DNA of 64,000 bases. Origin: an uncultured Clostridia bacterium. GTDB taxonomy: Bacteria; Bacillota; Clostridia; TANB77; CAG-508. Made by a program: the position numbers and the translations under genes. Location: NCBI GenBank assembly GCA_947625295.1, contig CANQNU010000001.1, positions 5,919 through 69,918 of the forward strand. Direction: 5' to 3'. The notes below the pieces were generated by a model. That model was not told where the DNA came from. It was given only the letters and a program-made list of their open reading frames with translations, and searched no databases. Shown here piece by piece: positions 31,750-42,745 of this stretch (positions are counted from its first letter, which is position 1; every line of letters starts with the position of its first letter).

Positions 31750-33429
31750 ATGTTTATAGATAAAATTTTTATACGAGGATCAAAAGCAAGAGAAATATTA
31801 AAAAAAATATATATAAAATATAGTAAAGAAGAAAGAACATATAAAAAGTGGATAATACAAAATGAACCAAATAAAAAAGGACAAAAAGAACAAAAAAAGA
31901 CAAAATTTAAAATACAACCTAAAATTAGTATAGTTGTACCATTATATAATACACCTAAAAAATTTTTGAATGAATTAATAGAAAGCTTAAAAAAACAAAC
32001 ATATTCAAACTGGGAATTATGTTTAGCTGATGGAAGCCCAGAGCCTATAAAATTTATTAATAAATATTTAGGGGATAAAAGAATTGTATATAAAATAATT
32101 GGTGAAAATAAAGGAATTTCTGGAAATACAAATGAAGCAATTAAACTAGCAACAGGCGATTATATTGGATTACTTGATCATGACGATTTATTACCACCAT
32201 TCTCATTATATGAAATAGTAAAAACAATAAATGAAAATCCAAAAGTAGAATTTTTATACTCAGATGAAGATAAATTAGAAATTGCCAATGGTCCAAGATA
32301 TGGAGTATTTTTTAAACCAGACTTTTCTCCATACACATTAAATAGTGCAAATTATATATGTCATTTTAGTATATTTAAAAAAGAATTGATGGACAAACTA
32401 GGTGGTTTAAAAAGTGAGTATGATGGAAGTCAAGATTGGGATATTGTAGCAAGAGCAGTAGAAAATACCGATAAGATTGAACATATAGCCAAAGTATTAT
32501 ATCATTGGAGAGTACATCAAAATTCAACTGCTGGAAATTCTGATTCTAAACCATATGCTTTTGAAATAGGGAAGAAAGTAATAAAAGATCATGTAAAAAG
32601 AACTCTAAATACAGATGTTGAAGTTACTGATGGATTAACTCCTGGAAGTTATAAAATAAAGTATAAAGTAAAAGATAATCCAATGGTTAGTATAATAATT
32701 GACGCTGAAGATTTAGAAGATGAAAAAATACAAGAACTAATACAAAAAGTAAAAATTACCACATATACAAATTATGAAATACTTGTAATTACAAATAAAG
32801 ATATAGAAAATGTTGATAAAATAATAAAGCCACAAAGTAATATATTTGAAGCCTATAATCAAGCAGTAAATGAAATAGAAGGCAAATATTTTATAATTGT
32901 AGATAAAAATCTAATTAAAATAGATAGCAAATCATATATAGAAGATTTACTAGGTATCTGCCAAGATGAAAATGTTGGAATAGTAGGAACAAAATTATAT
33001 AACAAAAAAGATGAAGTAGAACATAATGGAATAATTATAGGAATGAATGGAATAGGAGATTTCTTATATAAAGGTGTTCAAAAAGATGTTGGAACATATA
33101 TGCAAAGACTTTCAATTATACACAATGTATCATGTGTATATGTAAAATATGCAATGATAGATAAAGAAATATTCATGCAAATTAATAAATTCACAGATGA
33201 ATTTACAGGTTTAGGTGTAAGCATAGATACATGTATGAAAATTTTAGAACTTGGAAAACAAGTTGTAATAAATCCTATTATTTCAATATGTGTAGAAAAG
33301 CTATCACAAATAGATAAAGTAGATGAAGATAAGATACAAGATAAATGGAAAAAACAATATGAAAAAGGAGACATTTATTTTAGTCCAAATTTAGATAAAA
33401 CTAATACAGGGATATCAATAAAGTCTTAG
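31750..33429 (+). CDS. Two-module GT-A glycosyltransferase (GT2 N-terminal domain plus a second degenerate GT2-like domain)
   Basis: ISIVVPLYNTPKKFLNELIESLKKQTY...GLLDHDD in the first module. A second GT2-like block starts MVSIIIDAED. Confidence 0.7.
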   Translation: MFIDKIFIRGSKAREILKKIYIKYSKEERTYKKWIIQNEPNKKGQKEQKKTKFKIQPKISIVVPLYNTPKKFLNELIESLKKQTYSNWELCLADGSPEPIKFINKYLGDKRIVYKIIGENKGISGNTNEAIKLATGDYIGLLDHDDLLPPFSLYEIVKTINENPKVEFLYSDEDKLEIANGPRYGVFFKPDFSPYTLNSANYICHFSIFKKELMDKLGGLKSEYDGSQDWDIVARAVENTDKIEHIAKVLYHWRVHQNSTAGNSDSKPYAFEIGKKVIKDHVKRTLNTDVEVTDGLTPGSYKIKYKVKDNPMVSIIIDAEDLEDEKIQELIQKVKITTYTNYEILVITNKDIENVDKIIKPQSNIFEAYNQAVNEIEGKYFIIVDKNLIKIDSKSYIEDLLGICQDENVGIVGTKLYNKKDEVEHNGIIIGMNGIGDFLYKGVQKDVGTYMQRLSIIHNVSCVYVKYAMIDKEIFMQINKFTDEFTGLGVSIDTCMKILELGKQVVINPIISICVEKLSQIDKVDEDKIQDKWKKQYEKGDIYFSPNLDKTNTGISIKS

Positions 33430-33480
33430 AATATAAATTTTATTTAGATTACAAAAAATAGGATTGAAATGAGGAAAAAT

Positions 33481-35709
33481 ATGAAAGAAGTAGATATTAT
33501 AGTACCAATATATAATGCATATGAATATACAGAAGAATGCATAAAAAGTATTATAAAAAATACTGATTTAAATATAAACACATTAGTATTAATAAATGAT
33601 AAAAGCCCAGATGAAAAAATATTACCAATGCTAAAAAAATATCAAAAAGATAATGAAGGAGCAAATATAGTAGTATTAGACAATGAACAAAATATGGGTT
33701 TTGTTAAAACTGTAAATAAAGGTATGCAATATTCTGAAAATGATGTAATTTTACTAAATAGTGATACAGAAGTCACAAAAAAATGGATAGAAAAAATTCA
33801 AGTATGTGCATATTCAAATGAATATATAGCAACAGTAACACCTCTTACTAATAATGGAACAATATGTTCTGTTCCTAATTTCGGAATAGATAATGAACTT
33901 CCACAAAATATGACATTAGAAGAATATGCAGAAATGATAGAAAAAACTTCAAAAAATAGATATCCTGAGCTTACAACTGGTAATGGATTTTGTATGTATA
34001 TAAAAAGAAAAGTAATAAATGAATTAGGACTATTTGATGAAGAAACTTTTGGTAAAGGATATGGAGAAGAAAATGATTTCTGTTATAGAGCCTTAGATAA
34101 TGGATATATAAATGTTTTATGCGATAATACATTTATATATCATAAGGGAACGCAAAGCTTTAAAAAAGAAAATATGACTGCATCAAGAGCAGCACTAATA
34201 GATGAACATATGAATCTATTAAGAAAAAAGCATCCAATATATGTACAAAAAACAGATAATTTTATTGCAAATAATCCTTTACGCGATATTCAAGAAAACG
34301 TAAATTTAAATATATTATTATATAACAAGAAAAAGATATTATATTTGGTAAATGAATGGGAAGAAAATATGGAAATGACAGGAGGAACATCATTACATAT
34401 AAAAGATATTATCCAATCAAATAATAAAAACAACATAGCAAGTTTTGTATTAGCACCATATAAAGAAGATTTATCAAAATTTAAACTATATTTATACACA
34501 GACAAATATGCAAAAGAAATAGCAAACTATAAAACAGATATTAATTGTTATGGACAAATAATATATACAAATAATTCATACAAAGAAATGTTAGAAAATT
34601 TATTTGATAGCTTTAATTTTGATATATTACATGTACATCACTTTTTATTCCAAACATTTGATGCAATAGATATAGCAAAACAAAAAAATGTATATTCAAT
34701 AATAACTCTACATGACTTATATATGAAATGTCCATCAATAAATATGGTATATAGAGATAAATACTGTGAGTATGATGAAAATAAAGATTGTTCAAAGTGC
34801 TTAAATTCAAGATATGGTGTCAATAGCGATATATTATCAAATTGGCAAGAAACTTGTAAAAATGTTCTAAAAAAATTTGATAAAATAATTGTTCCATCTG
34901 AAAATACAAAAAAGATATTTGAAAATATTTATAAAGATATAGAAATTGAAGTTGTAGAACATGGTGTAGAAATTATAACAACTAATAAAAAACAGAAAAA
35001 GACTGATAAAGAAACTTTTGATGTTGCTTTTGTTGGTGCTATGGCTATTCATAAAGGAAGTAATATCTTAAAAGAATTAATAAAAGAAAACAAGAATTCA
35101 AATATAAAAATACATTTATTTGGAAAAGCTAATGACAAAGAATTAAGTAAAAATAAGACAAATTATATAAACCATGGATCATATAAACGAGGAGAATTAC
35201 CACAGTTACTTATAAATAATGATATAGATTTAATATGTATATTTGCAACTTGGCCAGAAACATATTCATATACATTAACAGAATGTTACATGGCACAAAT
35301 TCCAATACTTACATTCAATATAGGAGCTGTAGGAGATAGAGTTAAAGAAGATAAACTAGGATGGATATTAGATTTTCCAAGTGATTCAAACAAAATATTA
35401 GAAAAAATCAGTGAAATCAAAGAAAACAAAGAAGAATACAAAAATATTGTAGAAAAATTTAAAGAATATAACTTTAAAAATTTAAAGGAAATGCAAGATT
35501 ATTATTTAAAATTATACAACAACATTCATAATGAATATAAAATTTCTGATATATACAATTTTATGAATTATAGAAATAAAGCAAAAGAATTGGAATTTAA
35601 TATATATCAATCACAATATGGACATGTTGTTCATAAATATGAAAAAATGAGAAGTAGTAAGCTATGGAAAATAGCAAAAAAAGTGAAATCTAAATTAAAA
35701 GGAAATTAA
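33481..35709 (+). CDS. Bifunctional glycosyltransferase (N-terminal GT2, C-terminal GT4/GT-B), polymerase-like
   Basis: VDIIVPIYNAYEYTEECIKSI...LINDKSPD (GT2). C-terminal FVGAMAIHKGSNILKEL...ETYSYTLTECYMAQIPIL (GT-B). Confidence 0.7.
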   Translation: MKEVDIIVPIYNAYEYTEECIKSIIKNTDLNINTLVLINDKSPDEKILPMLKKYQKDNEGANIVVLDNEQNMGFVKTVNKGMQYSENDVILLNSDTEVTKKWIEKIQVCAYSNEYIATVTPLTNNGTICSVPNFGIDNELPQNMTLEEYAEMIEKTSKNRYPELTTGNGFCMYIKRKVINELGLFDEETFGKGYGEENDFCYRALDNGYINVLCDNTFIYHKGTQSFKKENMTASRAALIDEHMNLLRKKHPIYVQKTDNFIANNPLRDIQENVNLNILLYNKKKILYLVNEWEENMEMTGGTSLHIKDIIQSNNKNNIASFVLAPYKEDLSKFKLYLYTDKYAKEIANYKTDINCYGQIIYTNNSYKEMLENLFDSFNFDILHVHHFLFQTFDAIDIAKQKNVYSIITLHDLYMKCPSINMVYRDKYCEYDENKDCSKCLNSRYGVNSDILSNWQETCKNVLKKFDKIIVPSENTKKIFENIYKDIEIEVVEHGVEIITTNKKQKKTDKETFDVAFVGAMAIHKGSNILKELIKENKNSNIKIHLFGKANDKELSKNKTNYINHGSYKRGELPQLLINNDIDLICIFATWPETYSYTLTECYMAQIPILTFNIGAVGDRVKEDKLGWILDFPSDSNKILEKISEIKENKEEYKNIVEKFKEYNFKNLKEMQDYYLKLYNNIHNEYKISDIYNFMNYRNKAKELEFNIYQSQYGHVVHKYEKMRSSKLWKIAKKVKSKLKGN

Positions 35710-35712
35710 AAT

Positions 35713-37257
35713 ATGACTGAATTATTAAAGAAAATAGAAAAAAAATTAAGTAAAGTAAGATATTTAACAGAAGCTATTTTTGTAATTATATGTCTATTCT
35801 TTTTAGTACAGTTAATATGTACTAAAAAATATAATGGATATTTTCATAAATTATATTTATTAGGTACAATGATTTATTTAAGTATATCTGTAATAAACAT
35901 AATTTATAATTTTATAAAAGATAAGCATCATATCGAAAGATTATTTATAAATATTGCAATACCAATAGGATTATGCTTTGCTATATTTATGATACCAGGA
36001 CATGTACCAGATGAAAATACACATTTTTATAAAGCGTATGATATATCATGTGGAAACTTAATAACAAAAATAGATGCTAATGGAGAATCGTTTATTACAG
36101 TACCAAAAGATTTGGTAAATTATAATAAAGCATTGAATAATTACTATAGTTTAAGAGAGTTAGCTTCAACACAAACAAATTACAAAGATACCCAAAAAGT
36201 TATATCAACAGCACAAGGAAATAGCTTTATCACATATATATTTTCTGCGATAGCATTTTTTATAGTAAGAATTTTAAATATACCTATTTTTTATGGAATT
36301 ATATTAGGAAGATTATTTAATTTAAGTTTTTATATTTTTATGCTTTATTTAGCAATTAAAAAAATACCTTTTGGAAAAAAAGTATTAGCAATATATGCTT
36401 TAATGCCAATGTGTATACAACAAGCTAGTTCTTTTTCACCAGATGCTGTTATAAATGCTATTTTATTATACTATATAGCTCATTCAATATACTTAATTTT
36501 TAAAAAGGAAAAAATATCAATTAGAGAATTGCTTATTTATATCATTCTTACACCTATTATAGGTATTATTAAAATGGTATATATACTAATTGCAGGAGTT
36601 GGATTCTTAATTATAAAAAGAAAGGATATTGCTAAAAAAACTAAAGTAGCAATAATAGCAATTACTATTTTATTAGGTTCAACAGCATTATTTGGAATGC
36701 TTATATTATCGCCAAAATATGAAATGGTACCAGAATCTACTAAAGAATACATGAAAAATATGAATGTAGATTCTTCTAAACAGATACAAACTATGATAAG
36801 TAGTCCAAAACATGTTATAAAGGCATTTATATATGATTATTACAATATGGGAAATTATTATATAAACTCAGCAATTGGAAGTGAATTAGGTTGGTTAGAA
36901 ATAAATCCAGCACAAATTGTAATAACAGCTTATTTAATTTTATTATTAGCTTCAATATTATTTGAAGAACATAAATATCAATTTAATTTAAAAAACGCAT
37001 TATGGATTATATTAATAGTTTTAGGAGTTATGACTTTAACACAAATCGCTTTATATGTAGGATTTACACCTATTGGAGCAGAATTTATTGGAGGAATACA
37101 AGGTAGATATTATATACCAACTTATATATTATTGTTATTATGTTTATGTAGAAAAAAATATAATTTATGTACAACAAATTCAGAAATTAAACTAATATGT
37201 ATCTCTAGTATTTTAAATATATTAATTATTTTTGAAATGATGAAATATTTTATATAG
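35713..37257 (+). CDS. Polytopic membrane protein, DUF2142/GtrC-like (putative extracytoplasmic glycosyltransferase)
   Basis: About 12 TM segments. PGHVPDENTHFYKAYDIS motif near the N-terminus. Immediately upstream of a GtrB-like GT2 and DUF2304. Confidence 0.5.
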   Translation: MTELLKKIEKKLSKVRYLTEAIFVIICLFFLVQLICTKKYNGYFHKLYLLGTMIYLSISVINIIYNFIKDKHHIERLFINIAIPIGLCFAIFMIPGHVPDENTHFYKAYDISCGNLITKIDANGESFITVPKDLVNYNKALNNYYSLRELASTQTNYKDTQKVISTAQGNSFITYIFSAIAFFIVRILNIPIFYGIILGRLFNLSFYIFMLYLAIKKIPFGKKVLAIYALMPMCIQQASSFSPDAVINAILLYYIAHSIYLIFKKEKISIRELLIYIILTPIIGIIKMVYILIAGVGFLIIKRKDIAKKTKVAIIAITILLGSTALFGMLILSPKYEMVPESTKEYMKNMNVDSSKQIQTMISSPKHVIKAFIYDYYNMGNYYINSAIGSELGWLEINPAQIVITAYLILLLASILFEEHKYQFNLKNALWIILIVLGVMTLTQIALYVGFTPIGAEFIGGIQGRYYIPTYILLLLCLCRKKYNLCTTNSEIKLICISSILNILIIFEMMKYFI

Positions 37258-37269
37258 GAAAGGAAAAAA

Positions 37270-37962
37270 ATGAAAACTTTAATAATAATACCAGCATATA
37301 ACGAAGAATTAAATATAGAAAAAACAATAAAAGACTTAAAAGATAATACAAATTATGACTATTTAATTATTAATGATTGTTCAAAAGATAAAACAAAGGA
37401 AGTATGTAAGAAAAACAAATTTAATATTTTATCATTACCAATTAACTATGGTTTAACAAGTGGAATACAAGTTGGTATGAAATATGCATACAAAAACAAT
37501 TATGACATTGTTATCCAATTTGATGGCGATGGACAACATCAAGCAACTTATTTAAAAGACTTAGTAAAAGAAATAGAAAATGGAAATTGTAATATTGCAA
37601 TTGGATCAAGATTTGTAAATAAAAAGAAACCAAAAAATATGAGAATGTTTGGAAGCATATTATTAACATTAGCAATTAAGATTACAACAGGTCAAAAAAT
37701 AAAAGATCCAACATCAGGAATGCGAGCATATGACAAAAAAGCAATTGAATATTTTATAAAAAATCCAAGTTTAACACCAGAACCAGACACATTAGTTTAT
37801 ATGTTAAAGAAAAAAATGAAGATAAAAGAAGTACAAGTAGAAATGAGAGAAAGAGAATATGGAGAAAGCTACTTAAAACCATTAAAATCTGCAGAATACA
37901 TGATAAACATGTTTTTCTCAATTATATTTATACGAGCTATGACAAGGAAAGATAAAAAATAA
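37270..37962 (+). CDS. GT2 polyprenyl-phosphate glycosyltransferase (GtrB/DPM1-like, short form)
   Basis: LIIIPAYNEELNIEKTI...IINDCSKDKT, DGDGQH, C-terminal TM segment. Confidence 0.75.
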   Translation: MKTLIIIPAYNEELNIEKTIKDLKDNTNYDYLIINDCSKDKTKEVCKKNKFNILSLPINYGLTSGIQVGMKYAYKNNYDIVIQFDGDGQHQATYLKDLVKEIENGNCNIAIGSRFVNKKKPKNMRMFGSILLTLAIKITTGQKIKDPTSGMRAYDKKAIEYFIKNPSLTPEPDTLVYMLKKKMKIKEVQVEMREREYGESYLKPLKSAEYMINMFFSIIFIRAMTRKDKK

Positions 37963-37981
37963 AAAAAGGAGGAATATATAA

Positions 37982-38317
37982 ATGACAATTACACTAAGAG
38001 TTATATTAATAATATGTTCTTTAATTTCATTTATATTATGTATTACAAGAATAAAACAATCAAAATTAAAAATAGAAAATTCAGTCATATGGATGATAGG
38101 AAGTATTTTATTAATAATCATGAGTATCTTTGCAAATGCAGTAGAATGGATAGCAAATAAACTAGGATTCATGGCTCCAGTAAATTTTGTATTTTTAGTA
38201 ATAATAGGATTTTTACTAATACAAGCATTTATAGACAACATGAGAATATCAACACTAAATGAAAAAATAAAAGATTTAAACCATTACATTGCTTTAAAAG
38301 AAAAAGAGAGGGAATAG
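37982..38317 (+). CDS. DUF2304-family small membrane protein
   Basis: 111 aa, 3 TM segments, C-terminal coiled segment. Typical partner of GtrB-like GT2 genes. Confidence 0.5.
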   Translation: MTITLRVILIICSLISFILCITRIKQSKLKIENSVIWMIGSILLIIMSIFANAVEWIANKLGFMAPVNFVFLVIIGFLLIQAFIDNMRISTLNEKIKDLNHYIALKEKERE

Positions 38318-38378
38318 GGGACGTTCCTTAAAATCCCTTCTAGAAGGGAAAAAGGGACAGTCCTTTAATTGGAGGAAA
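38318..38378 (+). repeat. GC-rich intergenic element containing the palindrome cccttctagaaggg and two GGGACNNTCC motifs
   Basis: gggacgttccttaaaatcccttctagaagggaaaaagggacagtcc. Related sequence at 49186-49260. Confidence 0.5.
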
Positions 38379-38381
38379 AAA

Positions 38382-39419
38382 ATGAGCCAATATAAATTAT
38401 CAATTATAGCAGCAGTTTATAATTTAGAGGACTATTTACCAAGATGTTTAGATGCGTTAGTAAATCAAACATTACAAGAAATAGAAATTTTATGTGTAGA
38501 CGATGGATCAACAGATTCAGCTCCCCAAATTATTGATGAATATGCAAAAAAGTATCCAAATAAAGTAAAAGCCTTTCATAAACAAAATGGAGGAGAATTT
38601 ACTACACGAAATTATGGGTTAGAAAGAGCAACTGGAGAATATGTAACATTTGTCGACACAGATGACTATGTAGAATTAGATTGGGCAGAAAAATTATATA
38701 ATGCAGCAAAAGAAAATGATGCAGACTTAGCTGTGTGTGGATTTGAAAGAATTGATTTAGATACAGGAAAAGTGGTATCAACTAATATGACTAATTTTGG
38801 AAATACTGTTAAAACTATTAATTCTAAAGATGATTTTATGCTATTTATTAATCCAGCCCCTTGGAATAAAATTTATAAATTAGAAAAAGTAAAAGATTTG
38901 AGATTCCTTAACTTTAGAGGATTTAATGATATGATATTTTTAACCAGTAGCTATACAAAAATTGAAAAAGTAGCATTTGTTCCAAATGTACTATATCATT
39001 ATTTCTTAAGATACGATTCTCAAATTCATAGTGTTAATAAACAAGACGTTGAAAACTTCAAAAAATACTTATTAGATTTAAAAAGCTTATACATAAAAGA
39101 AAAAAAATATGAAGAAATGAAATATATTTTAGATTTAATGGCGTTTATCCATTTAGGAACATCTGTTATGTATAGAGTTTCTTATGATAAAAATATTAAT
39201 ATGAAAAAAATGCTTAAAGATACAATAAAATATTTAGATGAAAATTTTTCAACATGGAGGAAATCACCTTATTTAAAATTAGGATACTCCTTAAAAAAAG
39301 GATTTACACATACTGGATTATGGGGAGTTTCTAAATTATATAAATGGAACATACCCATTGTATATATAAAATTATATCGTTTTATGATAGATAAATTAAA
39401 AATAGATATAAAATTTTAA
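38382..39419 (+). CDS. Glycosyltransferase family 2
   Basis: LSIIAAVYNLEDYLPRCLDALVNQT...LCVDDGSTD. Confidence 0.8.
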   Translation: MSQYKLSIIAAVYNLEDYLPRCLDALVNQTLQEIEILCVDDGSTDSAPQIIDEYAKKYPNKVKAFHKQNGGEFTTRNYGLERATGEYVTFVDTDDYVELDWAEKLYNAAKENDADLAVCGFERIDLDTGKVVSTNMTNFGNTVKTINSKDDFMLFINPAPWNKIYKLEKVKDLRFLNFRGFNDMIFLTSSYTKIEKVAFVPNVLYHYFLRYDSQIHSVNKQDVENFKKYLLDLKSLYIKEKKYEEMKYILDLMAFIHLGTSVMYRVSYDKNINMKKMLKDTIKYLDENFSTWRKSPYLKLGYSLKKGFTHTGLWGVSKLYKWNIPIVYIKLYRFMIDKLKIDIKF

Positions 39420-39430
39420 TAGGAGATAAT

Positions 39431-40681
39431 ATGGTAAAAAACGAACAATTTAAAAAGAACTTTATTTGGAATTTAATTGGCACAACTTTTAATGCATTTA
39501 ACTCATTATTTTTTATGGTTATAATAACAAGAATTAATGGATTAGAAGATGCAGGAATATTTACAATAGCATTTTCCACAGCATGCATATTATATATGAT
39601 TGGAATTTACGCAGGACGTATATATCAAGTTACTGAAAATGACAAAAGCATAGCAGACAAAGATTATATAGTAAACAGAATAATATCATGTTTAGCAATA
39701 ATTATAATAAGTATAGTATTTGTAATAATAAGAAAGTATGACATATATAAATCAAGTATATTTATTATTTTAGCTACATATAAAGCCTTGGAAGCATTTA
39801 GTGATGTATTTTACGGAATAATGCAAAAACAAGAACTACTAGAAAAAGCTGGAAAATCAACATTTATGAAGGCATTTATAAGTGTAATTATATTTACAAT
39901 AATAGATTGCCTAACACATAATTTAGTTTTAGCATCATTTTCAATAGTTATTACATTCTTAAGTATAATTATATTTTATGATATAAAAATAACAAGAAAA
40001 ATCATGAATAAAGACACTAAAGTAGTAGCTAATAATGTAATAACAATATTTAAGAGTGGATTTTTTACTTTTGCAATAGCATTTTTAGGTTTATATATAA
40101 CAAATGCTCCAAAATATGCTATTGATAATTTTCTAACAGAAGATATACAAGCAATATTTGGAATAATAGTTATGCCAGCAACGGTTATGGGATTACTTGC
40201 ACAATTTATAATACATCCATATTTAAATGAAATATTTGAATTATATAAAACAAATCAATATGGAAAATTAAAAAAATTATTATATAGAATTATTTTAGTT
40301 ATTTTTGGATGTGGAGTTATATGTTCCCTTGCAGGATATCTATTAGGAACACAAGTTTTAGGATTTATATACGGATTAAATCTTACATTATACAAAAATG
40401 CTTTACTTGCAATATTAGTTGCAGCAACATTTTACACTATGGCAGGAATTATTTCACCAATACTTGTAACAATGAGATATACTAAAATTCAATTTATTAT
40501 ATATATGGCAATTTCTATTATGGAATTTTTATTATGTAATATATTAGTAAGCAGACTAGAAATTAATGGAGCAATTATAGCTTATTTTGCTACAATGATT
40601 ATATATTTTATTACATTCTTTATAGTATCAATGTTTATTATAAATAAAAAACAAGCAATATCAAGTAAGGAGAATCAGTAA
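39431..40681 (+). CDS. Polysaccharide biosynthesis flippase (Wzx/MOP superfamily)
   Basis: 416 aa, about 12 TM helices. N-terminal KNFIWNLIGTTFNAFNSLFFMVIITRING, typical of Wzx. Confidence 0.65.
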   Translation: MVKNEQFKKNFIWNLIGTTFNAFNSLFFMVIITRINGLEDAGIFTIAFSTACILYMIGIYAGRIYQVTENDKSIADKDYIVNRIISCLAIIIISIVFVIIRKYDIYKSSIFIILATYKALEAFSDVFYGIMQKQELLEKAGKSTFMKAFISVIIFTIIDCLTHNLVLASFSIVITFLSIIIFYDIKITRKIMNKDTKVVANNVITIFKSGFFTFAIAFLGLYITNAPKYAIDNFLTEDIQAIFGIIVMPATVMGLLAQFIIHPYLNEIFELYKTNQYGKLKKLLYRIILVIFGCGVICSLAGYLLGTQVLGFIYGLNLTLYKNALLAILVAATFYTMAGIISPILVTMRYTKIQFIIYMAISIMEFLLCNILVSRLEINGAIIAYFATMIIYFITFFIVSMFIINKKQAISSKENQ

Positions 40682-40683
40682 TT

Positions 40684-41607
40684 ATGAACATACTATACAC
40701 ATTAAATGATAAATTTGTACCACAAGTAGCAGCAGGAATTTGCTCAGTTTGTGAAAACAATAAAGAAATGGATAATATTACATTTTATTTAATATCTAAA
40801 GAGATATCAGAAACAAATAAGAAAAAGCTAATTGATTTTGGAAAAAGCTATAATAGGGATGTAATAATAAAAGAATTAGGTGACATTAATCAATATTTTG
40901 ATTTTGAATTTGACACTACTGGATGGAATTCAATAGTACTTGCAAGACTAATTTTAGACAAATTTTTGCCAAATGAGGTAGAAAAAGTGTTATATTTAGA
41001 TGGAGATACAATTGTTAGAGGTAGTTTAGAAGAATTATGGAATACAGATTTAAAAGATTATGTCTTAGCAGCAAGCATAGAACCAACAGTTGATAAAAAA
41101 AGAAAAAATGATTTAGGATTAGAAAAATATCCATATTATAATGCAGGAGTTTTATTAGTAAACTTAAAAAAGTGGAGAGAAGAAAAAGTAGGAAAAGCAA
41201 TATTAGATTTTTACAAAAAAAATGATGGTAAATTATTTGCAAATGATCAAGATGCAATAAATGGATCATTAGTAGGAAAAATATATACTTTGTTACCAAA
41301 ATATAATTTTTACAATATATTTTATCAATATTCTTATAAATTCTTAAAAAAATTAATGAATCCAGTAAAATATTTTGAATATGAAGAATTTATAAATTGT
41401 GTAAAAGAACCTATAATAATTCACTATTTAGGAGAAGAAAGACCATGGAGAAAAGGAAATCACCACAAATATAAAAATGATTATATAAAATATTTAGATA
41501 AAACTCCATGGAAAGGACAAAATTACGAAGAAGGCTGGAATTTATATTTTATTTGTTGGGATATATTTAATTTTGTAACAAAACCATTTCCACGGATTAA
41601 GATATAA
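40684..41607 (+). CDS. Glycosyltransferase family 8. The C-terminus may extend to about 41669 if CGG at 41593 is a +1 site
   Basis: YLDGDTIVRGSLEELW, YYNAGVLLVNLKKWRE. Confidence 0.75.
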   Translation: MNILYTLNDKFVPQVAAGICSVCENNKEMDNITFYLISKEISETNKKKLIDFGKSYNRDVIIKELGDINQYFDFEFDTTGWNSIVLARLILDKFLPNEVEKVLYLDGDTIVRGSLEELWNTDLKDYVLAASIEPTVDKKRKNDLGLEKYPYYNAGVLLVNLKKWREEKVGKAILDFYKKNDGKLFANDQDAINGSLVGKIYTLLPKYNFYNIFYQYSYKFLKKLMNPVKYFEYEEFINCVKEPIIIHYLGEERPWRKGNHHKYKNDYIKYLDKTPWKGQNYEEGWNLYFICWDIFNFVTKPFPRIKI

Positions 41608-41684
41608 AATAATCAATTCATTAATACCAACATTTATGAAAATAAGAGCTAAAAATATAAAAAAGTAATAAAAAGGAGAGAAAA

Positions 41685-42668
41685 ATGGAACCAAAAATTT
41701 CAATTATAATTCCTGTATATAATGCAGAAAAATATTTACATAGGTGCTTTGAAAGTATTTTAAATAACAAATATAGTAATTTAGAGATTATACCTGTAAA
41801 TGATGGTTCAAAAGATAACTCACAAAAAATACTTGACGAATATAAAGAAAAATATCCAGATATATTTTTTCCAATATTACAAGAAAACCAAGGAATTGGA
41901 ATGGCAAGAAACAATGCTTTGGAAAAAGTTACAGGTGAATATGTGATGTTTATTGACAATGATGATTTTATAGATAATGACTATATATATTCGCATGTAA
42001 AAGAATTAGAAAATGATGATTATGATATGATATTATCAGGATATAAGAGAGTAACTGATACATCAACACAATTTAGTGTTCATTTTGATAAAGAATATCC
42101 ATGGTCAAGATATATTTCTATAGCACCTTGGGGAAGATTATATAAAACAAAATTTTTAAAAGATAATGATATCAAATTTTTGAAAACTCCTATTGGAGAA
42201 GACATATATTTTAATTTACAAACAAATACCTTGGCTAAGAAAATAAAAATTATAGGATATGAAGGTTACAATTGGTATCAAAATAGTATAAGTGTAACAA
42301 ATACAATAACAAATAAAATTAAAAAAATTGATATAATCGAATTATTAAATACTCACCTTGGGATTTTAAAAGAAAAAAATAGCATAACTGATGAAAACTA
42401 CGATATTATCCAATTATATTTTTTACTTTTAATTATACAATTTTTACAATGGACAAGTAATAAATCAACATATAAAGAAGTTAGCCAAATATATGATAAA
42501 TTATTCAATTGGATGGAAGAAAATTTTCCAAATTATAAAAAAATGAAATATTGGAAATTATCAAAAGGAGATAGACTAAAAATAAGATTAATTATTGCAA
42601 CTGTTATGAAATTTCATAAGATACATCTAGGAAAATTATTAGTATATTTATATGGAAGAACACAATAA
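41685..42668 (+). CDS. Glycosyltransferase family 2
   Basis: ISIIIPVYNAEKYLHRCFESIL...PVNDGSKDNS, FIDNDD. Confidence 0.8.
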   Translation: MEPKISIIIPVYNAEKYLHRCFESILNNKYSNLEIIPVNDGSKDNSQKILDEYKEKYPDIFFPILQENQGIGMARNNALEKVTGEYVMFIDNDDFIDNDYIYSHVKELENDDYDMILSGYKRVTDTSTQFSVHFDKEYPWSRYISIAPWGRLYKTKFLKDNDIKFLKTPIGEDIYFNLQTNTLAKKIKIIGYEGYNWYQNSISVTNTITNKIKKIDIIELLNTHLGILKEKNSITDENYDIIQLYFLLLIIQFLQWTSNKSTYKEVSQIYDKLFNWMEENFPNYKKMKYWKLSKGDRLKIRLIIATVMKFHKIHLGKLLVYLYGRTQ

Positions 42669-42745
42669 TTAAAATTATATAAAATATTAGAAGAAAAGAA
42701 GATATAGGTTATACTATTAATAGAAACAAACTGAAGGGACTGAAA

